From NCBI RefSeq assembly GCF_002113885.1, contig NW_018404995.1, forward strand, positions 395,248 through 459,247: a DNA stretch of 64,000 nt, read 5' to 3'. The notes below the pieces were generated by a model. The model had not been told where the DNA came from, did not search any database, and saw only the letters and a list, made by a program, of their open reading frames with translations. A program made the position numbers and the translations under genes. Positions 46,499 through 60,219 of the stretch are shown one piece after another (position 1 is the first letter of the stretch; each line of letters starts with the position of its first letter). The stretch comes from Mizuhopecten yessoensis. Lineage: Eukaryota.

Positions 46499-48841
46499 AC
46501 AATTATTGAAAACAGAAATGAATAAATATACTCATTACCAATAGTATTGATGCAAAAACTGTTGCAAAAGCACTTCTTTAGGTTGTATTCTACGTCCTGA
46601 GTTAGACCAAGATATCTATTACTATTATTTGGACCCTCCACTTTCAGATTTTCTCCAGTTCAAATAGATCTTTGTATACTCAAGAAGGTTTTTTCCTCTT
46701 GAAATAACTTTTTAACTTCTTATTTGGAAGGCAGATGTAAATTGTTATCAAAACAACATAAAATGTTATATCTTTTATTTAAATATTAAACATATTTTAT
46801 AAGATATTTTTCTGTATTTTACAACATTTTAAGATTTAAGAAAAACATGATTTATTGACTTGTCTGCTTCTCTCATATATAGTTTTTTTCCTCCAAAACC
46901 CACTTTGAATAAAAAAAAGAGTCATCAGTGTTCAAACAGTATATGGACAAGGTCTGGACACATTTGAATTGAAGAAAATCTAGAAATCAAAGGGCTTAAA
47001 ACCAACATTATAGAGCTATACTCATCTTTTGCACCTTTTTTTATACCCTGTAAGTTCAATAATAAAAAAAAAAGTTCTAAAAATCAAATACTGCAGAAGT
47101 ATATCAATTAATTGCAAGAAGATTAAATACAGATTAAAATAAACTACCAAGGGACCAACTACTTATGGCTATAGACTACCATACAGACATGTGATTAGTG
47201 TTAAACTTATGCCCTCTACAATGTTTAATCCGAAAGTTATTAGTGCATATATGTCTTATTTACCATCCAAGTGTCAAATAATTCATGTATTTCAGTAAGC
47301 TATGTCAGTAAGTTAACATTGAAGGGTTGATTCCCGTATTAAGAGTTTGTGATAAAAATGATATACACTTACACACTGTATTTACTAATATACAATATAG
47401 CCAGTACTTTTTGATGGGATGGTATTTTTTTGTTAATTCACAGGGCATATAAATGATCACAAAAGTTTGACCCATGTGTTCATATAATTGTGTAGATATT
47501 ATTCATGATATAACCTGCAATGCAGCCTAGTTTGTCATTATCATTGTTTTATAAAACAATGAAGTCAGTTCATATGTACACAGGTGATACATGGCTGTAT
47601 TATCCATACACTGATAACAGTTCAGTGGCTAAGCTAGTGTTTACTGTTTGTTGGCATTCTTTACTAAACATTGTGTGTTGAAAGTTTACTTCAGGAAAAA
47701 AATATCGGTGAAATTTGATTTTCTCACATCTCCCCATTACATAGTTTTAATCCGTGTAATTTTTAACTCCCTCATTATGAGGAAAAAGGCAATAAAATTT
47801 AGAGCCATGAATGCAACCAGCTATGTTTCAACAAGCAGCAATACTATAAACTGTACGAGGATAGTGTACATTTTGTCTTATAAAATACTATAAACTGTAT
47901 GAGGAGAAACACTTAATATGTAATTAGTGTGTGAGGATGTGTGTAACAAGATATATATTTGTGTATGTTAGTGTGTACACGAAAAGGTTAAAATCCTTAT
48001 GGGAAAGATTGTCTTTGACATCTTAATTTGTATGTGTAATGAAATGACAGGCAATTTGGTTCAGACAGCAATTTGTCCTGTATGAACAAACCAGAAGGAA
48101 TATTATTTTGGGTGTCGCTCCACACGTATTTTATTATTGTGCTATTTAGTAATACTTAGTGTATCCTGTCTTGATTTGTCAAGTTATTGTTGTGTCAAAA
48201 AGCTTTGTTGTGCGAGATGATCATGCGAGGCTAATTTGACGCAGTCTTTGGGTTGTGCAATACTATTGACAGTATAGTATTCTCCATTATGTGTAAGGAG
48301 AGTTCTCACTGTACATTCTGCTTAAGAGAATATTCTTAACAGTTTGATATGAAGAGGGTGTAGAGAAACTATACACGCTGTACAGTCTACGTACTGATGC
48401 TTTTACCACAGAAGTGATCATAAATAAAATAAAGATCAAAAATATTGATTGGAAAGAGATATCTATCTGCTTTATGTTTTCCTTTTCATCACAGCTACAT
48501 AGCATAGCTGCCATCAACTTTTTAGATTAACTGAGACAAAGTTTCATATCCCTTTCTTGAAGTTTTTGCCATATTTGACCCCTTGTGACCTTGAAATTCA
48601 GTCACAAATTCTTATGATTGTTTTTCTCCAAATTGGTAGCAGTGTTTTCAAACATGACTGCAACCAATATATGAAAATGCTTTGGACCGGGTAATGATAC
48701 CCTGAATTAGTTACCATGACAACGAAAGTGAACAACAAAAATAGATTTACAACGGTCCTTTATTTGTAATGATGAAATAATATAGTTATTGATATATTAC
48801 ATCATATAAATTATGTCGCAACGTTAGATAGTCAAACAACA

Positions 48842-49362
48842 CTCGTAAACAGCTCATTAACAGGTGTACATGTTTCCTGTAGAGATAGACTTGGTAAGGG
48901 CTCGTAAACAGCTCATTAACAGGTGAACATGTTTCCTGTGGCGATACTTGGTAGGGGCTCGCAAACAGCTCATTAACGGGTGTACATGTTTCCTGGGGAG
49001 ATACTTGGTAGGAGCTCGTAAACAGCTCGTTAACAGGTGTACATGTCTCCTGTGGAGATACTTGGGAAGGGCTCGAAAACAGCTCATTAACGGGTGTACA
49101 TGTTTCCTGTTGAGATACTTGGTAGGGGCTCCTAAACAGCTCATTTACAGGTGTACATGTTTCATGTAGAGATAGACTTGGACAGGGCTCGTAAACAGCT
49201 CCTTAAAGGGTGTACATGTTTCCTGTGGGGATAATTGGTAAGGGCTCGTAAACAGCTCATTAACAGGTGTACATGTTTCCTGTGGAGATACTTGGTAAGG
49301 GCTCGTAAAAAGCTCATTAACAGGTGTACATGTTTCCTGTGGAGATACTTGGTAGGGGCTCA
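48842..49362. repeat. About 59-61 bp minisatellite
   Basis: ctcgtaaacagctcattaacaggtgtacatgtttcctgtggagatacttggtaaggg, about 9 copies. Confidence 0.95.
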
Positions 49363-50727
49363 TAAAATCTGTTGGTGTGGCAGAAAGAACACGCTCTCAA
49401 TCAGGAAATGTTTTCATGTGTATTCTTAAATTAACAAAATGATGATAGTACTTTTCTTGTCCATATATCACAATCGCCACCTGCATTTTTAGGTCACCTG
49501 ACCCAAAGCTCCAAATGACCTTTTGTGATCGGTCTTCATCCATATTCAGTCATCCATTAACAATTTACATCTTTATAGCTTCTGCTTAAAAGTCATAGCC
49601 CAAATTTGATCAAATATGGCAGGAATGATAAGTTGGGTAAGAGAATACACATATTTTTGAACAGAGGGTTTCAGTCAGTTTCATAGGAGTCCAGTAAGGG
49701 ATTTCCCCACCTCAGGCCCCATAAACGTGAGTCAAGATCTGATTTTTTATTCTAACCAAGTTAGAATTATTTCCTACTGAAAATGTACAAGATAAACACA
49801 AAAGTTCTTATTCTAATACACATACAATATAGTAAATATAACTTTACCCCTTCTCAAGGGGAAGGAAAGGATGCCCCAAGAGGGATGAAATTGGGATTAA
49901 GAATAGAGCACCTTATGACCCTTTCCTCCATTAAAAGTACATTATTTCATTCTAGGATTTCCCCTTTTGGATCCCACGTCTCATGTCTAAGCGATAGTTC
50001 ATGATCTTGGTTTTCAGACCATCTAACTGACATCTCTTCATAATAATATCAAACAAGTTTGAAATATTGCCTAAGGAAAATAAGCTAAGCATACACAAAA
50101 GTGTTACTTTGCTATATAAAACTAGTAAAAATGGTCACCCTCACCACAATAGAATGGATGACCTGGGAATAATGAAATTTACCACAATGATAAAGAACCT
50201 TAAGACCATTCCATTCATGAAAAGTTATGATTCCAGGACATCTGGGTCATAAGATCTTTGAATTTTGAGCCAACTCTCCCCTCCCCTTCTGGGCTCAGCC
50301 CCTAGAGTGTTGGATCCATATCAATTAGAAGTTTGGTTTGTCATTGGCTATTGGTGTGTCATGCAACATTTTTTGAAAAAGTTAAGAACGAGGAATAGTT
50401 CACAGATGACTGATGATACAGGATGAAAAATGGATCAGAAAAGATCACCGAGCTTTAGCTGTGCACCTTGCAATTTGGGACTAAGACCTTAACGTCTCAT
50501 TTTATTTCACTCTTTCGTAAAAATGCATGTAGTTTAGCTCTCATCTTTCCTTTTGATGAACCATTGATAATATGAACAGTTTCTGTATCAATAAAAAGCA
50601 CATACCATATATAACATTTTGTATATTGCACAAACCCATCCATTTTCCTAATAGTTTACAATGCATTAACATCCAGGTGGGTCAATATATACAAATCTGT
50701 ATGCTGCATTATCAAATTATATAATCT

Positions 50728-51095
50728 AACAAATCAAAGCTACAAGCCTCTTGTACACAGGGGTCTGTAGCATGATCCTTTTATAATCCAACTAATCAAA
50801 GCTACAACAAGCCTCTTGTACACAGGGGTCTGTAGCATGATCCTTTTATAATCCAACAAAGCAAAGCTACAAGCCTCTCGTACACAGGGGTCTGTAGCAT
50901 GATCCTTTTATAATCCAACAAAGCAAAGCTACAAGCCTCTCGTACACAGGGGTCTGTAGCATGATCCTTTTATAATCTAACAAATCAAAGCTTCAACAAG
51001 CCTCTTGTACACAGGGATATGTAGCATCATCCTTTTATAATTTAAGAAATCAAAGCTAAAAACCTCTTGTACACAGGGGTCTGTCGCATGATCCT
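50728..51095. repeat. About 60-bp minisatellite
   Basis: caaagctacaagcctcttgtacacaggggtctgtagcatgatccttttataatc, about 6 copies. Confidence 0.9.
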
Positions 51096-53651
51096 TGTTC
51101 ATGTCTCCTCTATGTAATAATTATACTCAAAGGAGGGGGACAGTAATTATATAATCATGTTACAGCCTCCTGTGCTCTTGTACAGGTAAACTATCAGTAA
51201 CCATGTTTATTACTTGAAATAAATTGTTCAAGTAATACCACATGCATGTGTTCATATAACTTATATATTATATACATGGCCCAAGGGACATGTATTGTTC
51301 ACCTGTTTTTTTAATATGACCTGTAAACCAAAGCAATCAAATGAGTCTAAATCTAGAACTTTTTGAGAAGTCATATTAAGATATTGACATGATTTCTGAC
51401 CTTGAATGTGGGTCAAGGTCACCTGTTGGAACACATTTTAAAGCCACACCCCCAGCAGGCTATAGGCCAAGTATCATTACTGTACAAGTACGGGTCAATG
51501 TAGTTTATTTGCACAAAGTTGATGGCCCTTCATTCCAAAAAGTCAAATCTTACCTATGACCTTGAACGTAAAAATAGGTTATTAACTTGAACCGAGTCAA
51601 TAGCCCTTCACCGTAGCAAGCAAGCTACATGTGTACATGCCTAATTACACGATCCTTGGCTTTATGGTTCTTAAGTAGACGCCTGATAGACGATGTGCCA
51701 TAGCAAAATCTCACAAGCACTTTGTATGCTAGGTGAACTAATCAACAGCAAGTAAAGTGTGTCCAATATTCTGGATATATATATATAATATCTGTGTTTA
51801 CATTGATCTGTTTCCTTTTGCCATATATAGTACTTCCTGTTCTGATTATAATACTGATATAAATACAACATTTGAATATAGTTTTGTTGTTGACATTGAT
51901 GGTCTAGCTGTCAAATAAGGACAGAAATGACAGAAATTGCATTATCTACTTCATTTTTTTTTAATTTCCTAACATCTGCCATTATTGCTTTATATTATAC
52001 AGTTTCTTCATTATTCAAAAGTATATCCAGGAAATTTAATTCTCAACTGTATATAGGTTGATGCAGATTTTCTGTTTTTATAAGCTTTGGAAATTATCCT
52101 TTGTCATTTCAATCTGATATATTTAACCACTTGACCATTATGTTAAAAGTATGACCAACTCCAACATATTTAAAGTAACTTCCTAGTACCATAATATAGG
52201 TTCTAGTTATCATGTACAAAGACAAAAACAACAAATCGACAAAGTGTACCAACACACATACAAACCACTCTAAGAAACAAATATATCTTTTGTACAGTTG
52301 AACCTCCTCAAACTTGGCTCCAATAGTTTAGAAAATGATTTTTTTAATCTTATACCTAGCAATCAGATTAACAAACAATTGAGAAGTATATATTAGCAAC
52401 ATTAATAAGTTATTATTGTGTAACTACTGCGGTTTAATCTTTACGATGTCCCACTGTCCATGGACCAACTGTTGTTAAACCTGTGAAAAGCCTGACCCTG
52501 CTTAATACTGCAACATGATGTCCTAACAAAGCCAAGATTACAGATTGTTTGTACAATTTTCGTACAGTATGTGTTTACTGGCATTTGTTAAGTACATTTC
52601 TAGGGACCTGAGTCAGTGTGCTCACATTTAACAAGTGTAAACAAAAATACCATTCTCGTGCCTATTTTCCATGTTTTTATCAATTATAGAATTCTGCAGT
52701 AAAAATGTTATACCTCAAAATAAATATTTAAAAATTTGACAATAGTACAACAATTATATATAAGTATATATTATGTAGTTCATTAAAATGTTAAAGAGTT
52801 TGAACTTTCAGGTATAAAAACATATAACAAATACATTTAAATATCTAAATACATGTACCTGAAAGTGAACGTATGGTTGTTTGAAATTCACTGTAACTAC
52901 CATAATTGTCTTGTTAACATGTCTTTGTTTACTTATTGATCATCACCTTTTTAAAATATTTTTATGAACAGTTTATCACTTAAAGATTCTTTCTGTAATT
53001 TTCCATTTTTCTTATGACAGAAATGTCTGTGTGACATACCACATAATCTCGATAAATAAGCCTAATTTGATAATATGCCAGCCTTGAAAGTAAGCCTCAG
53101 ATTCCATGTAGTTAAACATATCTAAAAAAATAAGCCAGTCTTGAAAGTGAATATCAAATTTTAGGTAGGAGCCACATTTTCCCTGTGGGCCTACAGGTTC
53201 TTCTGGTAACATCACATCACAAGATTTATTACTGCAACCATAAGATAAAAGGAAACAAAATCATTTTCATTTCATTTAATAAAACACCCATGTAGGACAT
53301 TACCTGATATTTTTTCCATGCATACAAGAAGGACCAGAAAATATACCATTACTGACTTTTAATTGTTGTCTGAATGAATTTAAAAATAAGACTACCTTGA
53401 AAATAAGCCTGCTCTGAAAATAAGCCTGGGTTTCCTATCTAAAAGTGAAAATGAAAATAAGGCTCATCTTATCATCGAGATTTTAGGGTAATAAGACAGT
53501 ACGGGGATAATGAACTGTTCCACTTCTTCATAATATTACACCTTTACAATACATTTATTCTTAAACCAGGAATATGTTATACATTTCCAAGTTCAATATC
53601 TAAGATTCTTCCACAGGTTTACACACACAGACCTGCATTTATGATTATTCA

Positions 53652-53930
53652 ATGGCTCACATACACAAATTAAATCTGTGTTTTGATCCCTTTACTGGCT
53701 CACACACACAAATTAAATCTGTGTTTAGATCCCTTTACTGGCTCACATACACAAATTAAATCTGTGTTTAGATTTCTTTACTGGCTCACATACACAAATT
53801 AAATCTTTGTTTAGGTCCCTTTACTGGCTCACATACACAAATTAAATCTGTGTTTAGATCCCTTTACTGGCTCACATACACAAATTAAATCTGTGTTTAT
53901 ATACCTATACTAGCTCACATACACAAATTT
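53652..53930. repeat. 43-bp minisatellite
   Basis: tggctcacatacacaaattaaatctgtgtttagatccctttac, about 6 copies. Confidence 0.9.
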
Positions 53931-56219
53931 ACCTGCTCACATATGTTCATTACCCCTTCTACTGGTTCACATACCGATCTGTTCACATACCGATCTGTAT
54001 TTAGATCCCTTAATTTACTTGCTAAGATATGTCACTATCCCTTCTACTGGTTCACATATACATAGCTGTACCTTTCCAGTGGTCTTAATCACGTACAGAG
54101 ATCTACCATTTTCCATCAATTATTTTAAGGTTGTATGCTACCTTACGGCGACATACACTGTCTGGGAGAGTTCCAAACAAATGTGTAAGTTGTACATTTG
54201 CAGGTAATTTGAACTTGCTTGATTGATGGCATTTTACAAAAGTACATACCCAATAAGAATACATACATTGACACAAACAATAAGGTGAATCTGTATTATA
54301 AGATCATGTAATTTAAAACATTTTAAGGGAGGCAACTCCTATTTAGATCACAGGTATAATCTTTATGATAGCATATATTCTTGGTGTATTTCAGCGAAAT
54401 TCAGGGCCATGCTTATCATACTAATTATAGATAACATTCACCACCAAAAGCATATGACTGTCTGGACAGCACAATCTCTCAACACCTAAATTTCACACCT
54501 TTTGCTAAGTTCTTGTATACGACTGGTATTTTATCATAAATGTTAACAATCTGTTTCCTTACAAATTTAATATAATGTACAGATGCAATGTAATTTTCTC
54601 GCTTTATAAATCTGAGAAGATAAAAACAATACACAGAATACAAAATGGCAGCCATATTTGAGAATATCTCTGGTGACTTACAGAAGTTACAACATACTAA
54701 ACTTTAACTTCCATCCAATTAAAACTGTATAAAATACATGTATCATAACATACTACATGCAGTCTTTCCTCGTCAATTCAATTACAACTGTATAAACTCC
54801 ATCAACAAAATAGAATATCATAAAGTAAAAACATAGAAAACCATAACACATGGTGTTATTATACAGCATTTGTAATGATATTTAGCAGTACAAACATTTC
54901 ATATCTTGGTTAGAACTTCATAAAATATACATGTACATGTAGTATTTATTGTTTGTTTGTGGAAATACACCCTTAATGACAACAAAGGAATGATGGTAGC
55001 AAACTACAGGTGACAAACAAACATCAAAGAATCTATGAATGAAATCAAGAAAAAACTGATCTTCCTATCCATAATACAAATCCACGAGGATTTTAAGTAG
55101 CTAACAAACAATAAACTGGAGAAAATCAAATTTCTTTTTGATTAGCCCAAGTTGTTTTTTCTTAAATCAAGTTAACAGTGAAATGAAGTTATTAAAGTAC
55201 AAAAAGTAAATGAAGTAATAGTTATCCTTCTGATTGGCATTGTTGAAGTTTTGGGGTGGCATGATTTGGTTTCCACTACCGAGGCATTTTGTATCAGTGA
55301 AGTGACATTGATATTTGAACTTTGGGCATGAAAATTTAACAAGGCCAAGTACAATTCGCAAAGAAGCAGTGTATAAAGTTTGTTAACTGCTGATTTCAGC
55401 TTTGATGCAGAAACCAATTATCTATTGACCCTGACCTTTGACCCATAAAAGCAATCATTTACTATAAGGAAGCAGTGTAAGTTTGAGTGCCTTTAGCCCA
55501 TTAGAACTCAATATATTCAATGAAAACCCATTTTCTATTCACAGCAACAGTGACCTTGACATTTGGATATGAAAGTAATCCGAAACAAGTACTTTCTATT
55601 AGGAAGCAGTTTTTACAATGTTCGAGTTTGATAATGACAGCCAACAAGAACTTGAGTTATTGCACAGAAACTAATTTTCTGTTAAGAGTAACAGCGACTT
55701 TGACCTTTGGGTCTGAAAAGCCACCCCAACAAAACACTTTCAATACAGAGGCAGAGTTGGCAAGATTGTAAGGTAAGATTGAGCAGAAATCAATTATTTT
55801 ATCTAAAGTAAGTGATCTTGACCTCTGAACTTCAGTTTTGGAAAACAATCTAATACATGCACCACTTTGGTAAGGAATCAGTATGAGAGAATCGAGTTTT
55901 GATGGCGAACAGAACTTTGGTATATTATTATGTGGAAATTAGTTTTCTATTTATAGAACTAGTGAAATTTACCTGAACGAGCAGTAAAACAATCCCATGC
56001 AAGCACTTTCTATAAGAAAGAATTCGAAGTGTATCAGGTTTGAGATTCAATGGCCGACTGGAAATTGATTTATTGTGCAGAAACCAATTTTCTATTCATA
56101 ATAACAGTCACATTGACATTTAACTTTCGTACCTGAAAAGCAAACCTAGGCAAGTTCCTTCATTGAGGAAACAAGGCATGAAATTTGAGTAAATCTTGTC
56201 TAGCTGACCTCCAGCTATT

Positions 56220-56529
56220 CATCCTGATATCCAGGGGTTACGCTCACTTTCGCTCTCTACACTACTGGAATATGTCAGGCACAAAGATAGCAGTTTGATT
56301 GGTCTCAGGTCCTTTGAAGATTACAAAGGAGAGATGCCCGACTTCAAAGCCTGTTAATTCTTACCGTTATGTTACGTGACCGCGAGATTCTTTTGATGTA
56401 CATCAAAGGATCAAACTAGTCTTCTTGTCTCATCCACAAGGTGGCGCACACTGAGCCTACAATTTTGCTATAATATATTCCAGGGGTGCAGAGAGCAAAA
56501 GTTAGCGTAACCCCTGGATATCGAGGATG
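56220..56529. mobile_element. MITE with perfect 9-bp TSD (family of 2512-2869, opposite orientation)
   Basis: ccagctatt-[catcc...ggatg]-ccagctatt; internal sequence is the reverse complement of the 2512 copy. Confidence 0.9.
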
Positions 56530-56842
56530 CCAGCTATTGTGCAGAAATGGAAGTTGGATGGACAGACGGACGGACAAGATTAATGAATTTGAAATCAATT
56601 TCAAACTATACACTATACAGTATTTTAAGTTACCATAAAAAGCTGCATATCTCAAAATATCATGACTTGATGGATGACAAATGAGTATACCTTGTTACTA
56701 CAGACAGTATTCAACTGTTGAGCTCTGAAGGTTACAAGTGATGGAGATTCAGTAGATACAACATGTAAAGATGAGCATGACCTGTGAAGGCAGGAGTCTC
56801 TGATGTAGCAAGTTGTTGAACAACCTTAGTCAGCAAAGGTTG

Positions 56843-59800
56843 TCAGAGGTCATGCAGGCTCTGGAGATGTGGTGTTGTGTTGGTGTGGGATGAGGTAGGA
56901 TTTTCACTGGTGCTGGCAGAATTACATTGAAAGGGCTGGACTACATCTTCTCTAGGAGAGGCAAGATGTTTTGGTGTGTTCTGACTCCCAGAGTGTGTGG
57001 GAGTCGCCGACTCACTTGACCTTTTGCCCTTACTAGCACTTGACCTTCTAGACTTCTTCTCCTCAGATGTTGCCTTTCTCCAGGTTCCCTTCCGTTCAAC
57101 ATCCTGATGGACCACTAACAGAAGTTCTTTTTCCTCATCCTCAAGCTCCTGACGCAAAAATCCAAGCAAAATCTTTTCATCCCCTATGACTTGGGGGGTG
57201 TCTAGCTTAGAGTCTAAATTGTAATAAACATCTCCTATCTTGCGAAAGGCTATCCAGTGCTTTCTCTTGAACGGGAGTCTCAGCATACCCCATTTATAAT
57301 CTGTTGGTGTATTCAGTATGAATCCAAAAATATTTTCCGGAATTAGGCATTTTATATCCCTGCAAAAGGAAATTGTATATGGTTAATATAAAGACCTAGC
57401 ATTCTAAAGTTTGTATTAGAATTAGACATTTATTCACCAGATGGCAAAATGCAACTGCACCATTGAAGCTACATGTACCGGGTTCTCATCAAAAGCAGCT
57501 TATGATATATGAGCTTGTTTGATAAGTGAATTTTCATGTAAGATACTACTCTGTAACCAGATGTGGTGTACTAAAAGTTGTCCAACATAACAAAATTGTG
57601 GACAGATATTTCAATGAAACATGTTCACCTGATTTTTTTTATCCTCAAGTTTGACATGTAACCAAATTGATTCAATCCAATTATGCAAGTGTAGTTCAGA
57701 AGATGATATCATTGAAGTTACTTAAAAATAACCTGCAAACTACCTTCTGGTATGTTTACACAATTATTATGACTCATTGGTACAGATAATTCATTTGTTC
57801 AAACTTGCACCTCTGTATTTCATGTACATGTATCCCTTTTCAGGATAGATATTTTTGAGAAAGCTATTGCATTTGACTATAAGAAGATTACTGTTTTATT
57901 TTTCCAATACAACATTAACCCCTTTTATTATCATGCCAGCTGCCTGGTTCCTTGCTAGTTTCTTTTAATTTCAAACACTGTTACAAGTAGAGTAACCTAA
58001 GCATACCATATGAGATAAAAAGGTTCTTTCAACCACAGTTTATCTTAATGTTACAATAATAAACAAAATGATACTACTAATAATCGGAATATCCATAGTT
58101 ATTTTACTTACTTTCTCTTATCAAACCATAGAGTTTCACAATTCTTTTTCTGAACAGCTGCCATTATTACATTGACATCGTAATTGCCAAAGCCAAGGAC
58201 ACTTCTGTGTGGGTTGATAAAATGGTCAGGAGAAAGTCTAGAAATTCAAAAACAGAAACTTGTTACCAGACAGTAACTAATGTACGTAGATACCTACTGC
58301 ATACAGGGTAAAATATAGATACATGTAAGTAAGATATACATTTATGTGAATGAACAACTATCTTGAGTCAACAAAAAATAACTACAATGTATTCTGTAAA
58401 TTAGAAACATAAAATCTCAAACCCCCAGCTCTGACTCATAAAATTATTAAACAAAACTTTACTTCAATATTCAAAAAAGTAAAAAAAAAAAAGAATAATT
58501 ATATCTGTTCCCAGGCCAACAATTGAAACTGGAAGATGGTTGAAGATGGAATTATATAAATGCTTGGATTTCTAAAAGCTGTTTTAATGGTTTGATTAGT
58601 GATAAAGTGTTGTGCAGCTTTATAAAAATTGCAAAACCATACTAATATATTGTACTTCATGAAGTTTACCCAGTATAAAACTGTAACCTTGTAATCTTTT
58701 TATAATTTAACAAAAAAACAAATTGAAACCTTTTATGCTAATTAATTCAAAATTCCAATTAAGGAATAAAGGAATTGATACATTACGGTTTTATTTGGCA
58801 GGATATAAGATCTAAGACACATGCATGTATTACTACTTATATGTATGGGGCAAAGAAGTATATATATACTACGATACTATTCTTGCCTAATCTTTTATTA
58901 TCAGGTCATTGATTATACTGATTCCTTTTTCTAACCAACTTGTTTCTAGCCAACTGATCAATGGATAGCTATTTGATAGATATCCCATTTAAACATCAAA
59001 TATTGAAACAGCATTACTTTGTAGCTTCTTTTTATGACAAAAACTTACATCTAAAACCATCATATTGTGAATATACAACTTCTGAATTGTTACTCAATAA
59101 GGTGCACTTGCTATAACACATTAGTGTAAGATACATGTATAAACAGCTGATTTATAACCATTGTTCCAACTGTCACACCAATATTCTTTTTCGGCAATGC
59201 CTCCTATGTGCAATTTTTTAATTACCTTGCATCAATATTGGCATGGGTCATTAATTAAGTCAGTCGATTGGCAATTAATATTTTTCATCTGGTAAGAAAT
59301 TGTAATTTAAAATCATCTATTATTTTATGATGGTATTTAGTGTATTTGGTATATTTTAATGTGACCTGGATTAATTATAAAAAAAATATGGGAAAATTGG
59401 TCTATTTAATTAGTGTGAGATGCTTTAATATTGAAAGCATATTTTCAAAACGAATTCTATGCACATGTAGCTGTAGCTAAGTTTTACTGTGTGTAGCATT
59501 TATTTGATTCACATGTGGATACTTGAGGAATAACATTATATGTCACCATATACAGGTCCAGTACACTCTGCCGATTGAGCTATATAGCTATAAAGACCTA
59601 TATAGCTATATTCACCTATAAATTATAGCTGTATTGAGCTATATTTTCTCAGATTTCAGATCTCATTAGATTAAAGCAAAGTCGCATTAAACAATAAGGT
59701 TGATGGTAATGTTGACTACAAAAAGCATACAGTTAGATGTTTATTTTCATTTTTCATAAATGCTAATGATAAAATCTTATTTTAAAAGCGACTTTGTTTC

Positions 59801-60219
59801 GTTTTCCTTAAAAAAGAAAAGCACATGAAAATAGCTCTATAAAGACCTATTTCAGATAGGTCAATAGAGCTATTATAGGTCTTTACAGCTATATAGCTCA
59901 ATCGGCAGAGTGTACTGGACCTGATATATATTGCTTTGTTTACAAGGTCATCATATATACATAGAGTATTTAAATTATGTCCTTAGCACATATATTCTCT
60001 ATGGAGACTATAACCGACAACCACACATAAAAGAATTAATATGTCAACCACTGCTAAACTGTCAGTGAGTGATGATCACCTGATGCAGACTTCGTCCAAG
60101 TCTTTCTTGCTGAATGCCTTTTTGTCTTGGTACAGGTTGTTGAGTGCGTGTAGGGCACATAATTCCTTTACCTGTCGCTCGTGGTAAACGTCTGATTTAG
60201 CTTGTTTTGAGTTATCCAT
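56843..60219 (-). CDS. Josephin-domain deubiquitinase, JOSD1/JOSD2 family (about 260 aa)
   Basis: Exons 60219-60080, 58237-58112, 57359-56843 (783 nt). Motifs [60 protein letters not shown]; catalytic Cys, His and Asp are all present. Confidence 0.95.
59553..59923. mobile_element. MITE with about 50-bp near-perfect TIRs in Josephin intron 1
   Basis: caggtccagtacactctgccgattgagctatatagct versus agctatatagctcaatcggcagagtgtactggacctg. atata on both flanks, so TSD length is ambiguous. Confidence 0.85.

Noticed and set aside
48857-49429. Repetitive ORFs on both strands
   Set aside because: Products of the 60-bp minisatellite.
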